DNA from: a virus
Lineage: Duplodnaviria; Heunggongvirae; Uroviricota; Caudoviricetes
Direction: 5' to 3' (one strand)
IMG/VR virus record: IMGVR_UViG_3300005512_005684
Span: 1 to 39,002 of that record
DNA length: 39,002 nucleotides
Part shown: in pieces, positions 1 through 8,830 of the stretch
How positions within the stretch are numbered: position 1 is the first letter of the stretch
Layout of the letters: every line of letters starts with the position of its first letter
Program-made: the position numbers and the translations under genes
Notes under the pieces: generated by a model
Seen by the model: only the letters and a program-made list of their open reading frames with translations
Database searches by the model: none
What the model was told of the DNA's origin: nothing

Positions 1-705
1 ATGAACGATGTACTTGTGGCCATTCGTCAGTACAATGAAGAGTTGACGGAAATCTGCCAAGAGTTCCTTGTCAATGTCCCTTACCCGATTCAGTTGCTTC
101 GGTATGTCGGGGTCGAGTTTGAACAGTTCCTATTTGCCAAGGTGTTCGATCTCGATTGTAGATGTGTGGTCTTGATCGACGAGGACTGTTTCGTTTTCAG
201 GCCGGAGTCCATTCAAGAGTTGGTCGATCATGTAAGAGGGAATGGATATGCTGCTTGTGGTATCCCGGACGGTGGTGTGAAAGGCAATCCGTTGCGTCGA
301 AGCCCGCTTGTTCCGAATGTGTTCTTTTGCATTATCGACCTGGAGAGACTCAGACAGTATCTTGGCACTGCACCGTCCATTGAATCGTCAGACTATGAGC
401 CAGACCGTGTGTACGAGTTGCCGAGCTTCCTGGACGGAACGAGATATAACGTCAGCAATGTGATCGAGGATTACTACAGATTCTTTTTCTGGATGTTGAA
501 TCATGGTGAGAGGATCAAATATCTCCGGTCGAAGAGACGCAGTAGGGCAACCGTGGTGTGTGATCACTTGGATCGTGAGTGTGCGATCCACGCGTGGTTT
601 GCCAGGAACTATCAGAAACACGGAGAGAGAGATCGGGTGTTGAATGTTCGATGTTATGCTGTGAGTCAGTTACGGAAATCGGAGAGTGAGTGTCTGATAC
701 GCTGA
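1..705 (+). CDS. Putative GT-A fold glycosyltransferase, paralog 1 of 3
   Basis: VVLIDEDCF DxD motif after a hydrophobic strand; C-terminal IHAWFAR; clearly paralogous to the next two ORFs; start is at the window edge. Confidence 0.6.
   Translation: MNDVLVAIRQYNEELTEICQEFLVNVPYPIQLLRYVGVEFEQFLFAKVFDLDCRCVVLIDEDCFVFRPESIQELVDHVRGNGYAACGIPDGGVKGNPLRRSPLVPNVFFCIIDLERLRQYLGTAPSIESSDYEPDRVYELPSFLDGTRYNVSNVIEDYYRFFFWMLNHGERIKYLRSKRRSRATVVCDHLDRECAIHAWFARNYQKHGERDRVLNVRCYAVSQLRKSESECLIR
161..200 (+). repeat. 40-nt perfect repeat shared with 1541-1580
   Basis: gatgtgtggtcttgatcgacgaggactgtttcgttttcag in GT paralogs 1 and 3; 178-209 also equals 867-898 in paralog 2. Confidence 0.9.
547..606 (+). repeat. 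60-nt perfect repeat shared with 1236-1295
   Basis: gcaaccgtggtgtgtgatcac...gtggtttgccagg is identical in GT paralogs 1 and 2. Confidence 0.9.
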
Positions 706-1376
706 TTGCCATACGACACTACAGTGTGGAACTTACTCGTATCTGCGAAGGGTTTTTGGAGTCTCTTCCGTTTCCGGTGAAGTATCTGAAGCATGTTGGT
801 CATGACTTCGAGGACTTCATGCTGAAAGATGTGTTCGACCTGGAGTGTGAGCGTCTTGTACTGCTTGACGAGGACTGTTTCGTTTTCAGGCCGGAGTCAG
901 TGGTAGAGTTGCTTTCGTACATGCAGGAGAATGAGTATTCGGCGTGTGGTGTTCCTGACGGTGGTGTGGCCGGGAGTCCCTTGCGCCGTAGCCCGGTTGT
1001 TCCTAACCTGTTCTTTTGCCTTGTTGACTTGGAGAGGCTTAGGAAATACCACGGTCAGCCACCTCCGGTAACCCTCTGTCGGTACAATCGGCGTCGGGTC
1101 TATGAGTTGCCGAGTTTCCTGGACGGCACGCGATACAACTTCAAGGTGCTTGGGGAGAGCTATTACAGGTTCTTTTACTGGGTTCTAGGCAATGACGAGA
1201 GGATTTTGTACCTACGTCCTCGGCTGAGAGGTGGAGCAACCGTGGTGTGTGATCACTTGGATCGTGAGTGTGCGATCCACGCGTGGTTTGCCAGGGACTT
1301 TGAGAGGTTGGAGGATCGACGACGTATCCTGAATGTTGCTGCCCATGCTCGTGAAAGGCTAAATGGAGGTAGTTGA
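690..1376 (+). CDS. Putative GT-A fold glycosyltransferase, paralog 2 of 3
   Basis: LVLLDEDCF and IHAWFAR; GTG start overlapping the previous gene. Confidence 0.6.
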   Translation: MSDTLIAIRHYSVELTRICEGFLESLPFPVKYLKHVGHDFEDFMLKDVFDLECERLVLLDEDCFVFRPESVVELLSYMQENEYSACGVPDGGVAGSPLRRSPVVPNLFFCLVDLERLRKYHGQPPPVTLCRYNRRRVYELPSFLDGTRYNFKVLGESYYRFFYWVLGNDERILYLRPRLRGGATVVCDHLDRECAIHAWFARDFERLEDRRRILNVAAHARERLNGGS

Positions 1377-1380
1377 GGGA

Positions 1381-2067
1381 ATGGAAGATGTTGCCATATA
1401 TGTTCGTTGTTACCAGAAAGAGTTGGCGCGTAAGTCCATGAAGTTTTTGGAAAGGCAACCGTACCCGGTGAAACGCCTTACTCACGTTGGTGTATGGTTT
1501 GAGCGTTTTCTGTTAGGTAGGGTATTCAACCTCGATTGTCGATGTGTGGTCTTGATCGACGAGGACTGTTTCGTTTTCAGACCGGAATCATTGCCTGAGC
1601 TTGTCGAGTATATGAGGGACAGTGGCTATGCTGCGTGTGGGGTCCCGGACGGGGGAGTGAAGGGAAATCCCTTGAATCGGAGTCCGATTGTTCCGAACCT
1701 GTTTTTGTGTGCTATCGATCTAGAACGGTTGCGGTGTTATGCTGGTAAGACTCCATATATTCACGAATGCGACTATGACCGCAATCGTGTTTATGAGTTA
1801 CCGAGTTTCATGGACGGGTCGATGCACAACTTCAAGAGATTGTGGGAGGTGTACTATCGTTTTTTCTATTGGATGCTTGCACACGGTGAGCGGATACTCT
1901 ATTTGAAACCCCACAGTAAACTAGATGGCTCGTTGGTTGAGGATCACCTTGGACGAGAGTTCGCCATTCATGCGTGGTTCGCGAGGCGTTTCGACCGCCC
2001 TAGTGTCAGGGATCATATACTCGCCATCTGGCGGTATGCTCACGAACGTTTTGAGGGAGGAAACTAA
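1381..2067 (+). CDS. Putative GT-A fold glycosyltransferase, paralog 3 of 3
   Basis: VVLIDEDCF; start placed at MEDVAIY by alignment with MNDVLVA/MSDTLIA. Confidence 0.6.
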   Translation: MEDVAIYVRCYQKELARKSMKFLERQPYPVKRLTHVGVWFERFLLGRVFNLDCRCVVLIDEDCFVFRPESLPELVEYMRDSGYAACGVPDGGVKGNPLNRSPIVPNLFLCAIDLERLRCYAGKTPYIHECDYDRNRVYELPSFMDGSMHNFKRLWEVYYRFFYWMLAHGERILYLKPHSKLDGSLVEDHLGREFAIHAWFARRFDRPSVRDHILAIWRYAHERFEGGN

Positions 2068-2068
2068 G

Positions 2069-2495
2069 ATGGTTTCTTGTAACGAAAGTGTGTGTCGTCA
2101 AGAACGACAAGAGTGTGCTCTCGCGTGTCCACAAGTGTCCGACAGAGGCTCTGGAAATGGAGCAAGATCGGATCGTCGTTGACGATGACCTATGTGTGGA
2201 CTGCGGAGCTTGTCTGGAGGAGTGTCCGGTGGGGCACTTACTGCTGTCGAGTAAGTTGACTCGTGACTGGAAGCCTGAGAGCGGGTCACGAGTCAATCGT
2301 AGCAAGTCCGGTCGCGCCTCGATTGTGGCTTGTGGGGACTCTTTACCGCAGTGGCAAGAGTCACTTGGCACTTGTTTTGGACTTGGGCTTCCAACTTGCT
2401 TTCGTTTCTCTATACGTCTTATTCGCTTACTTTGTCACGAAATACTCACGAAAAATCGGAAGAAAATGAGACCGTGGTCGCAAGCTCTTGTGTGA
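2069..2495 (+). pseudogene. Frameshifted 2x[4Fe-4S] ferredoxin-like gene (3' end uncertain)
   Basis: GGAGG + ATG at 2069 reads MVSCNESVCRQERQECALAC; a second frame continues HKCPTEAL...CVDCGACLEECPVG (CxxCxxCxxxCP). Confidence 0.6.
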
Positions 2496-2536
2496 CAGTG
2501 GATTGGCAAGAAAGGAATTTTCAGGGGAGGTCTGAT

Positions 2537-2962
2537 ATGGAAACCTGGTACGGTGAAGGTCTGAAGTTCAGTTGCACCGGTTGCGGTGATTGTTGCCGCG
2601 GTGACGGGTACGTGTGGCTGAATCGGGAGAGTGCCGAGAGGATGGCTCGCCGTTTGGATATGATCTTTCGAGAGTTCGTGGACACGTACGTTCGTGCCGT
2701 GACAGAGGGTGGGCGCTTTCGTGGTAACGCTCTGATAGATGGTGAGGATGGTTCGTGTATCTTCCTAGACGGTGACGGTCGGTGTGAGGTGTACGAAGAT
2801 CGTCCTCCGCAGTGTCGAACTTTTCCGTTTTGGGGTAATCTGGTAGCTTCGCCGGACGGGTGGGAGCAGGCGAAAGGGAGGTGTCCAGGAGTTGGTTGTG
2901 GGAAGTTCTACGGACATGACGAAATTCGATCAATCGTGGATGGAACTAGGGCAGAGCTATGA
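2537..2962 (+). CDS. YkgJ family cysteine-cluster (CxxCxxCC) protein
   Basis: FSCTGCGDCC, CIFL..GRCEVYEDRPPQCRTFPFW, CPG; GGGGAGG RBS before ATG 2537. Confidence 0.85.
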   Translation: METWYGEGLKFSCTGCGDCCRGDGYVWLNRESAERMARRLDMIFREFVDTYVRAVTEGGRFRGNALIDGEDGSCIFLDGDGRCEVYEDRPPQCRTFPFWGNLVASPDGWEQAKGRCPGVGCGKFYGHDEIRSIVDGTRAEL

Positions 2963-3924
2963 ACAATATCTATGTGACGGCTTTTCAGAGTGGTGGTGGG
3001 AGCTATGGACATAAACTTTCGGATATTGTGTCGGCCTACCTCTTTGCTGAGTGGCTAGGCGCGGAGTTGCTTGCTCATAAGACCTGGCACGTACCTGAGC
3101 TAAAAACGTTCAACATTTCTTCCGGTCTCAGAGACTACAATGAAGTGAATACGGAGACGCTGACGAAGCATGTAAGTAGTCAGAAAACCTGTTATGGAAT
3201 GTCGCTCCAGTCTGCACTTCGGATACGAAATCGAGTAATGTCTATTGCTCAATCGAGGGACGTGTGTCTGGTTCTGAAGCTGGCGTCTCGAATCATCCTT
3301 TCCTATATGCGGAACTGGTATCACAGGGGTAAGATTGACAAGGATGTCTATACCCAGGTTCTTCGGGATTTGCGAGAGAGGTTCTACGAGAGAAACCCAG
3401 AGCCTACAGGTCGGTTAGGTTTTGCGGATGTTCGTGTTGCGTGTTTCATTCGTCGGGCTTTCATGGCTTATGTGAGGGAGTTTCCGGGAAACTCGTTTGA
3501 GTTCTATTCGTCGCTCGTGGACAATGTGCGTAAGGTATTGTTTGGTCGGAGTGTTCGGTTTACCTTTTTCACGCAGAGAGACAATAGTGATGATGTGGAA
3601 AGACTGGCCGATGTTCCTGGAGTCCGTTTGATTTACGATGGTGATTACTCGGACAATATGTCGGACTTGGTTTATTCCGATGTGTATGTAGGGTCTCATT
3701 CGGCGAGTTCAACTTGGGCGGCTTACTTTGCTACTGGGGTCGTTATGGTGCCGACGAATGGAGGACAGGAGTTACCAAGGACTAGAGGAGCTATGAAGAG
3801 GATGGATCATGTGGTATATCCTGACAACTTTCTTCCGGTGGAGCCGGATGGTAGTTTTGATGGTGTTCGGCTACTTGACAAGCTGGAGACTTGTGGTCGA
3901 GCGAATCCTATTGTGTTAGTGTGA
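2959..3924 (+). CDS. GT11/alpha-1,2-fucosyltransferase-like (GT-B) protein, paralog 1 of 3
   Basis: N-terminal GGSYGHKL (like GLGNQL), VACFIRR (like HxRR), C-terminal SDVYVGSHSASSTWAAY (like NSTFSWWAAY). Confidence 0.55.
   Translation: MNNIYVTAFQSGGGSYGHKLSDIVSAYLFAEWLGAELLAHKTWHVPELKTFNISSGLRDYNEVNTETLTKHVSSQKTCYGMSLQSALRIRNRVMSIAQSRDVCLVLKLASRIILSYMRNWYHRGKIDKDVYTQVLRDLRERFYERNPEPTGRLGFADVRVACFIRRAFMAYVREFPGNSFEFYSSLVDNVRKVLFGRSVRFTFFTQRDNSDDVERLADVPGVRLIYDGDYSDNMSDLVYSDVYVGSHSASSTWAAYFATGVVMVPTNGGQELPRTRGAMKRMDHVVYPDNFLPVEPDGSFDGVRLLDKLETCGRANPIVLV
3313..3353 (+). repeat. 41-nt block identical to 5268-5308 and nearly identical to 4289-4329
   Basis: aactggtatcacaggggtaagattgacaaggatgtctatac; 3418-3453 also equals 5373-5408. 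Confidence 0.85.
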
Positions 3925-3937
3925 TCGGGAGAACAGC

Positions 3938-4906
3938 GTGAGCATCTATGTGACTGCGCTCCAAAACAGTGGGGGTTCTTACGGACACAAGTTGTTCGAT
4001 GTGGCTTCGGCCTATCTCTTCGCAGAGTGGCTTGGTGGTGAGTTGTTCGCTCATGAGACGTGGAACGTGCCGGAACTTGAGCCGTTCAGTGTGTGTGAGG
4101 GATTGAGAGGTTACGAGGAACTCTTGGACGTTCCGAAGAGGTCGGTGCAATGCAATCAGTCAACCTGGTACGGAGTGGACTATGGATTGGCAAAGCAGAT
4201 ACACGACAAGATTCGTCGGTTGTCTGAGAAAGGAGACGCGTTGCTTGTACTGAGCAAATCGTGTCGTTTAACGCTAATGAACGTGTGGAACTGGTATCAC
4301 AAGGGTAAGATTGACAAGGATGTCTATACCCCGGTTCTTCAGGATTTGCGAGAGAGATTCTACCGTAAGCACAAGGGGCCTACAGGTAGGTTAGGTGTTG
4401 CGGATGTGCGAGTGGCTTGCTTCGCTCGCCGAGCGTTCATGTCACACCTTACGACACGTAATGGGAATACGGCGGAGTTTTACCTCAACATCATTGATGG
4501 TGTTCGCAGGGCGTTGAAGGATTGTCGTGTCCGGTTCACGTTCTTCACTCAGGAGGAAAACAGTGAGGACTTGGGGTGTCTTCAGGAAGTGTCGGGAGTT
4601 AATGTAACGTACGACTACGATTACTCGGCGAATATGTGCGATCTGGTGTATGCCGACATCCTGATCGGTTCGTACTCTTCAAGTTCGACGTGGGCATCTT
4701 ACTTTTCCACAGGGGTGGTCATGGTGCCGATGGATGACAAAGCACCTCCGCCGAACGTACGGTGGCGGTTGAATATGGCTCCGATGATCATGATGAACCA
4801 TGATCCCTTTCCCGAGAACTTCGTGGCCGTGCAACCGGACGGGTCTTTTGATCATGACGAGCTTTGTTCTAAAGTTGCGGGTAAGTTTGGAATGACCGTT
4901 GTGTGA
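3938..4906 (+). CDS. GT11/fucosyltransferase-like protein, paralog 2 of 3
   Basis: Same motifs: GGSYGHKL, VACFARR, ADILIGSYSSSSTWASY; GTG start after GGGAG. Confidence 0.55.
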   Translation: MSIYVTALQNSGGSYGHKLFDVASAYLFAEWLGGELFAHETWNVPELEPFSVCEGLRGYEELLDVPKRSVQCNQSTWYGVDYGLAKQIHDKIRRLSEKGDALLVLSKSCRLTLMNVWNWYHKGKIDKDVYTPVLQDLRERFYRKHKGPTGRLGVADVRVACFARRAFMSHLTTRNGNTAEFYLNIIDGVRRALKDCRVRFTFFTQEENSEDLGCLQEVSGVNVTYDYDYSANMCDLVYADILIGSYSSSSTWASYFSTGVVMVPMDDKAPPPNVRWRLNMAPMIMMNHDPFPENFVAVQPDGSFDHDELCSKVAGKFGMTVV

Positions 4907-4913
4907 GGGAACG

Positions 4914-5879
4914 ATGGGTAAGTTGTATGTGACTGCAATTCAGAACAGCGGCGGAAGCTATGGACATCGGTTGACGGATGTTGCTGCTGCTTACCTTTTC
5001 GCTGAATGGTTGGGTGGTGAGTTGTTGGCAGATAAGACCTGGGGTGATCCGTTTCTGGAGCCGTTCAACATTACGCAAGGTCTTCGACCTGTCAGTGTTC
5101 TCAAAGGCGTTGAGAAACGTACCCGGTATTACGTTCGGTCGAGTTGGTACGGTATGCGGTATGAGTGGGCGAAGGAAATTGAGGAAGAAATTCTCCAGTT
5201 GGCTTCCGAGTCGGATGTCTTGTTCGTGCTCAAAGACGCGTGTCGAGTCACGTTAGCGAACCTTCGTAACTGGTATCACAGGGGTAAGATTGACAAGGAT
5301 GTCTATACTCCGGTTCTCCATGACTTGCGGGAGAGGTTTTACGAAAGGAATCCAGAGCCTACAGGGCGCTTGGGTTTTGCGGATGTTCGTGTTGCGTGTT
5401 TCATTCGTAGGGCCTTCATGGCGTACACAAGGGACTACGCTGGTAATTCCATAGAATTCTATAAGGCGCTGATCGCCGAACTGAAGGGTGCTTTGGCTGG
5501 CCGTCGTGTCCTCTTTACGTTCTTTACGCAGGAGTATGACAGTGACGACGTGAAGGAACTGGCGGAGTTGCCGGGAGTGAATGTGATCTATGGTGGGGAT
5601 TACGCACAGAATATGAGAGACTTGGCGTATGCAGACATCTACGTTGGGTCTCACTCTTCAAGCTCGACTTGGGCAGCGTATTTTTCGACAGGGGTTGTTT
5701 TGGTGCCCACGGATGGTGACGAGGAAGTGTCAATCAGTAAGCAGGCAATGAAGGGAATGGATCATGTGGTCTATCCTGAGAACTTTATTCCAGTGGCACC
5801 TGACGGAACTTTCAGTCACGTGGGTTTGATGGAAAAGCTGGATCGTTTGGGAAAACTTTCTGAGGTTGTGCTTGTATAG
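4914..5879 (+). CDS. GT11/fucosyltransferase-like protein, paralog 3 of 3
   Basis: GGSYGHRL, VACFIRR, ADIYVGSHSSSSTWAAY; start at MGKLYVTA by paralog alignment. Confidence 0.55.
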   Translation: MGKLYVTAIQNSGGSYGHRLTDVAAAYLFAEWLGGELLADKTWGDPFLEPFNITQGLRPVSVLKGVEKRTRYYVRSSWYGMRYEWAKEIEEEILQLASESDVLFVLKDACRVTLANLRNWYHRGKIDKDVYTPVLHDLRERFYERNPEPTGRLGFADVRVACFIRRAFMAYTRDYAGNSIEFYKALIAELKGALAGRRVLFTFFTQEYDSDDVKELAELPGVNVIYGGDYAQNMRDLAYADIYVGSHSSSSTWAAYFSTGVVLVPTDGDEEVSISKQAMKGMDHVVYPENFIPVAPDGTFSHVGLMEKLDRLGKLSEVVLV

Positions 5880-5888
5880 GAGTGACCA

Positions 5889-6134
5889 ATGACTGAGCAA
5901 TCGGTGGAGTTCAAGGGTATGGTTGCCGGAGACGGTGACTGCATGTGTTTCGAGGTTGACGAGACAACTTATAGGCGAATTGTTGGAGACGATCAGTGGG
6001 AAATGGAGTTGGCTCTTTTCGAGGAAGAGGGGCGGGCTCCGTACTGGCGGCTCTACGTCAATGACCTACTGAATTTCCTGGGGTGTGGAGAGCATGGCCA
6101 GGATGTTGGTCTGATACTCACGAGAACGGAGTGA
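5889..6134 (+). CDS. Hypothetical protein
   Basis: AGGAG RBS; follows the previous gene closely. Confidence 0.7.
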   Translation: MTEQSVEFKGMVAGDGDCMCFEVDETTYRRIVGDDQWEMELALFEEEGRAPYWRLYVNDLLNFLGCGEHGQDVGLILTRTE

Positions 6135-6379
6135 TTTTTCTCTTATTTCAGACTAATGGAGAGGGGAAAATAGGTGGTCGTAATGTGAGCCGTCTGGAAG
6201 GCTCTGAGAGCGACCGTTGGGAGGTAACGTCTCAGAGGTCTCGATGTGCCAGGAAATGCCGTGGCGTGGATTCTGGGGCCATGTGCGGGGTTTCTGACGG
6301 CTTGTTCGCCGGGTTGATTGAAGCTGGCGGACTTGAGTGTTGAAAGTGAGGTCAAATTGTACACTTGGAGGCTACAGTC

Positions 6380-6562
6380 ATGGCCGACGAACTGGATGCT
6401 CAGTGTGCCATTTGTGGTGAGTTTGAAGACGAGGCCGGGGAGCTTGCGGCGTGTAGGACGTGTGGGCTTAGAGCGTGTTCTGATTGCCGAGTCGAGGGGA
6501 AGTGTTCGGATTGTGTAGAGACCCGACCTATGCCTGTACAGGAATGTGAGAATGAGACGTGA
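6380..6562 (+). CDS. Small Cys-rich zinc-finger-like protein
   Basis: Four CxxC pairs; GGAGG RBS before ATG 6380. Confidence 0.65.
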   Translation: MADELDAQCAICGEFEDEAGELAACRTCGLRACSDCRVEGKCSDCVETRPMPVQECENET

Positions 6563-7067
6563 ACCGTGGCTTGTGCCCAAAGCGATTTCGTTCCTTGAGC
6601 GTGAGCTTGTGACGCCTGAGTGGGTCGTCTTTGAGTTCGGCTGTGGTGGCTCGACGTTGTGGTACTCCGACCGTGTGCGGAACGTCCATTCTGTTGAACA
6701 CGACGGGGCGTGGAAGAAAGCAGTTGAAGAACACCTGGGGCGAACCGACGTGATCGAGTTAGTTCCGAGGGTGTATGCTCACGTTGTTGGCCGGTTCCCG
6801 GACAAGCACTTCGATTTCATTGCGGTGGACGGGCGAGACCGCCACGAGTGCGTGAAGGCGGCAATCCCAAAGGTGAAGGATGGTGGTTGGATCATGCTTG
6901 ATAATTCGGAGCGTTCCAAGTACGACAGGGCGCGTCGGATGTTGCACAAGGTGAGTGTTGAGCAGGTGGGTTTCTGGGGAGGTAAGGGAACGCATTCGCC
7001 GTCTGGTAGTAAACCGGCACCTAACAACTGGGGTACGTCGTTCTATCGTATCGGGGAGGATCGGTAG
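6552..7067 (+). CDS. Class I SAM-dependent methyltransferase
   Basis: VFEFGCGGST motif I, SVEHD, FDFIAVDG, GGWIMLDN. Confidence 0.85.
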   Translation: MRREPWLVPKAISFLERELVTPEWVVFEFGCGGSTLWYSDRVRNVHSVEHDGAWKKAVEEHLGRTDVIELVPRVYAHVVGRFPDKHFDFIAVDGRDRHECVKAAIPKVKDGGWIMLDNSERSKYDRARRMLHKVSVEQVGFWGGKGTHSPSGSKPAPNNWGTSFYRIGEDR

Positions 7068-7262
7068 ATGTCAGACAATCTGTGGTATCAGTGTATGCAG
7101 TGTGGTGAGTACATCTTCGGGAACAAGACCCGGTGTCCTGAATGTGGCTATACCGTGTATGACATTCCGGCTATTGTCCCGTGGAAGGTGAAAGCCAAGC
7201 GATTGCTACCTTGGATTATCTTCCTTACTTTGATTGTTTTGTGGCTCCTTAGGGGTGGGTAG
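7068..7262 (+). CDS. Zinc-ribbon protein with C-terminal transmembrane helix
   Basis: CMQC...CPECG followed by LLPWIIFLTLIVLWLL. Confidence 0.7.
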   Translation: MSDNLWYQCMQCGEYIFGNKTRCPECGYTVYDIPAIVPWKVKAKRLLPWIIFLTLIVLWLLRGG

Positions 7263-7284
7263 TCACACAACAGGGGGAATACCA

Positions 7285-7632
7285 ATGGCTAGTGTTCGTG
7301 AGATTCAGGAATGGGAGCGAGTAGTTGTCGCTCGGAAATCCGTCCGGCAGTTGACCAAGCAAGACTTCCGTGACGACTTCGAGGCTGCGGCTGAGATTGC
7401 AAGTGCTCCCTTTAAGGCGTTGGGGGAGAACGTCGAGTGGTCGTGGAATGATGACGATGTGTTCGCGGTGATCTACCAAGGGCGTACACGTCGCACGCGG
7501 TTCAGGGTTGGTTTTCCAGCGGAGCGCCTGGGGCCAGACATTGAACGTATGGTGCAAGCGACTGAAGAGAGTATCGAGAGTGATCGGAAGACTCGTGAGT
7601 TCATGAAGGAATTCGGAATGAAGGTGACGTAA
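7285..7632 (+). CDS. Tag-A protein (MASVREIQEWERVVVA), cargo of unknown function
   Basis: ACAGGGGG RBS + ATG 7285; N-terminus matches the tag shared by the 21.7-35.8 kb genes. Confidence 0.75.
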   Translation: MASVREIQEWERVVVARKSVRQLTKQDFRDDFEAAAEIASAPFKALGENVEWSWNDDDVFAVIYQGRTRRTRFRVGFPAERLGPDIERMVQATEESIESDRKTREFMKEFGMKVT

Positions 7633-7667
7633 GACGGTTGGATTGTCTTTTCGTATGAGGTTTGGGC

Positions 7668-8288
7668 ATGTGGCAGAACTTACAGGGAAGGTTCGTAGTT
7701 GCTGACGGCCCCGATGGTGGGGGTAAGACGACATTGCTTCAACGGTTATCGGAAGCGTGCCCACTACCGAATGTCGTTGTGCGTGATCCTGGTGGAACGG
7801 TGTTGTCTGAGAAACTCCGTGATCTATTGCTATCGCCGGACATGACTATGAGCGCTAACGTTCAGGTGTTAGTTTTTACGGCGGCCCGGGTGAGCTTGTG
7901 GGAGGAAGTGGTCGGCCCGGCGCTTATGGAAGGGAAGATTGTTTTCAGTGATCGTTGGACACCATCGACCCTTGTGTACCAGGGAATCGTGGCCGAGCAA
8001 GGTGTGGATCGTGTCTTGGGTATCGCCCACCACTTCGGGACTCTCCAGTTCGTGCTCGCGGATTGCATGTTGATCCTGGACTTGGATCCGGAGGTGGCAG
8101 CAACACGTTGTGGGACGACCGACCGATTTGAGTCCAAGGGTCTGGGCTACATGCGGAAGATTAGACAGGGATACCTCGATGTTAGAAACCGCTTCCCCAA
8201 CTCATTCTTGATTGACGCAAGTCAGCCTGAGCCGGATGTTGACCGTCGAGTCTTGGAGTGTCTCGCACAATGCAAATTCGATTGGTAG
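7668..8288 (+). CDS. tmk: Thymidylate kinase
   Basis: P-loop DGPDGGGKTT, RDPGGT, SDRW..STLVYQG, DRFE. Confidence 0.92.
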   Translation: MWQNLQGRFVVADGPDGGGKTTLLQRLSEACPLPNVVVRDPGGTVLSEKLRDLLLSPDMTMSANVQVLVFTAARVSLWEEVVGPALMEGKIVFSDRWTPSTLVYQGIVAEQGVDRVLGIAHHFGTLQFVLADCMLILDLDPEVAATRCGTTDRFESKGLGYMRKIRQGYLDVRNRFPNSFLIDASQPEPDVDRRVLECLAQCKFDW

Positions 8289-8403
8289 TGGCGCAGCTAG
8301 GTCAACAGGTGATCCGTATAAGGTAGGTGTCGGGATAGTTTGTATCGAGTTTCTATGGAGCAATACATAGTCCCACCTTGAGGGGAAGGGAGTCCCCTCT
8401 TAT

Positions 8404-8464
8404 GCCGTGGCGTGTGGCTCCTACCAACTTGTCCCATTTAGGCCAGCGCCACGGCTGTTTTATT
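8404..8464 (+). terminator. Long hairpin with T-tract, probable intrinsic terminator
   Basis: gccgtggcg (8404-12) pairs with cgccacggc (8447-55), inner tggc/gcca, followed by tgttttatt. Confidence 0.6.
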
Positions 8465-8514
8465 CATTGCATATTGTGTAAAGAGTGCCCCCGGTTGATC
8501 CGAGGTCACTAGAA

Positions 8515-8778
8515 ATGGAACTGGAGCTTTTGGACTATGGAAAGGATGGTCATGGTCATTTCCGATTGAAAGACACGAGAGTCAGAAGTTTCGGAGAGAT
8601 AGGCCAGGCTATCGGAGACCAAGCGATACGAGAGGGCGTGTGGGCATTGCACCACATGGTCTCTTTGGTCGATGTTGACTTTACAGGGAAGATTGTGGAC
8701 GATAAGGTCGTCAGTGTGGAATACTGCGGAGAGTTCGTTGTAGCTGGCGTCCAGATCGGAGACACGTCGAAGTCGTAA
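8515..8778 (+). CDS. Hypothetical protein
   Basis: GAGGT upstream of ATG 8515; co-directional with neighbours. Confidence 0.55.
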   Translation: MELELLDYGKDGHGHFRLKDTRVRSFGEIGQAIGDQAIREGVWALHHMVSLVDVDFTGKIVDDKVVSVEYCGEFVVAGVQIGDTSKS

Positions 8779-8830
8779 ACGTTTTGTGGCCGTGAAATAC
8801 AGTGGCCTTTGGAACTAGGAGAATTGTTCA

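Noticed and set aside
6135-6370. Hairpin ctctgaga/tctcagag (6202-6237) and ORF 6083-6343
   Set aside because: A single moderate stem and a weak ORF; neither an ncRNA nor a CDS can be supported
8284-8360. tRNA-like start gtggcgcagctaggt
   Set aside because: No closing D-stem, no TTCGA T-loop and no acceptor stem or CCA could be built
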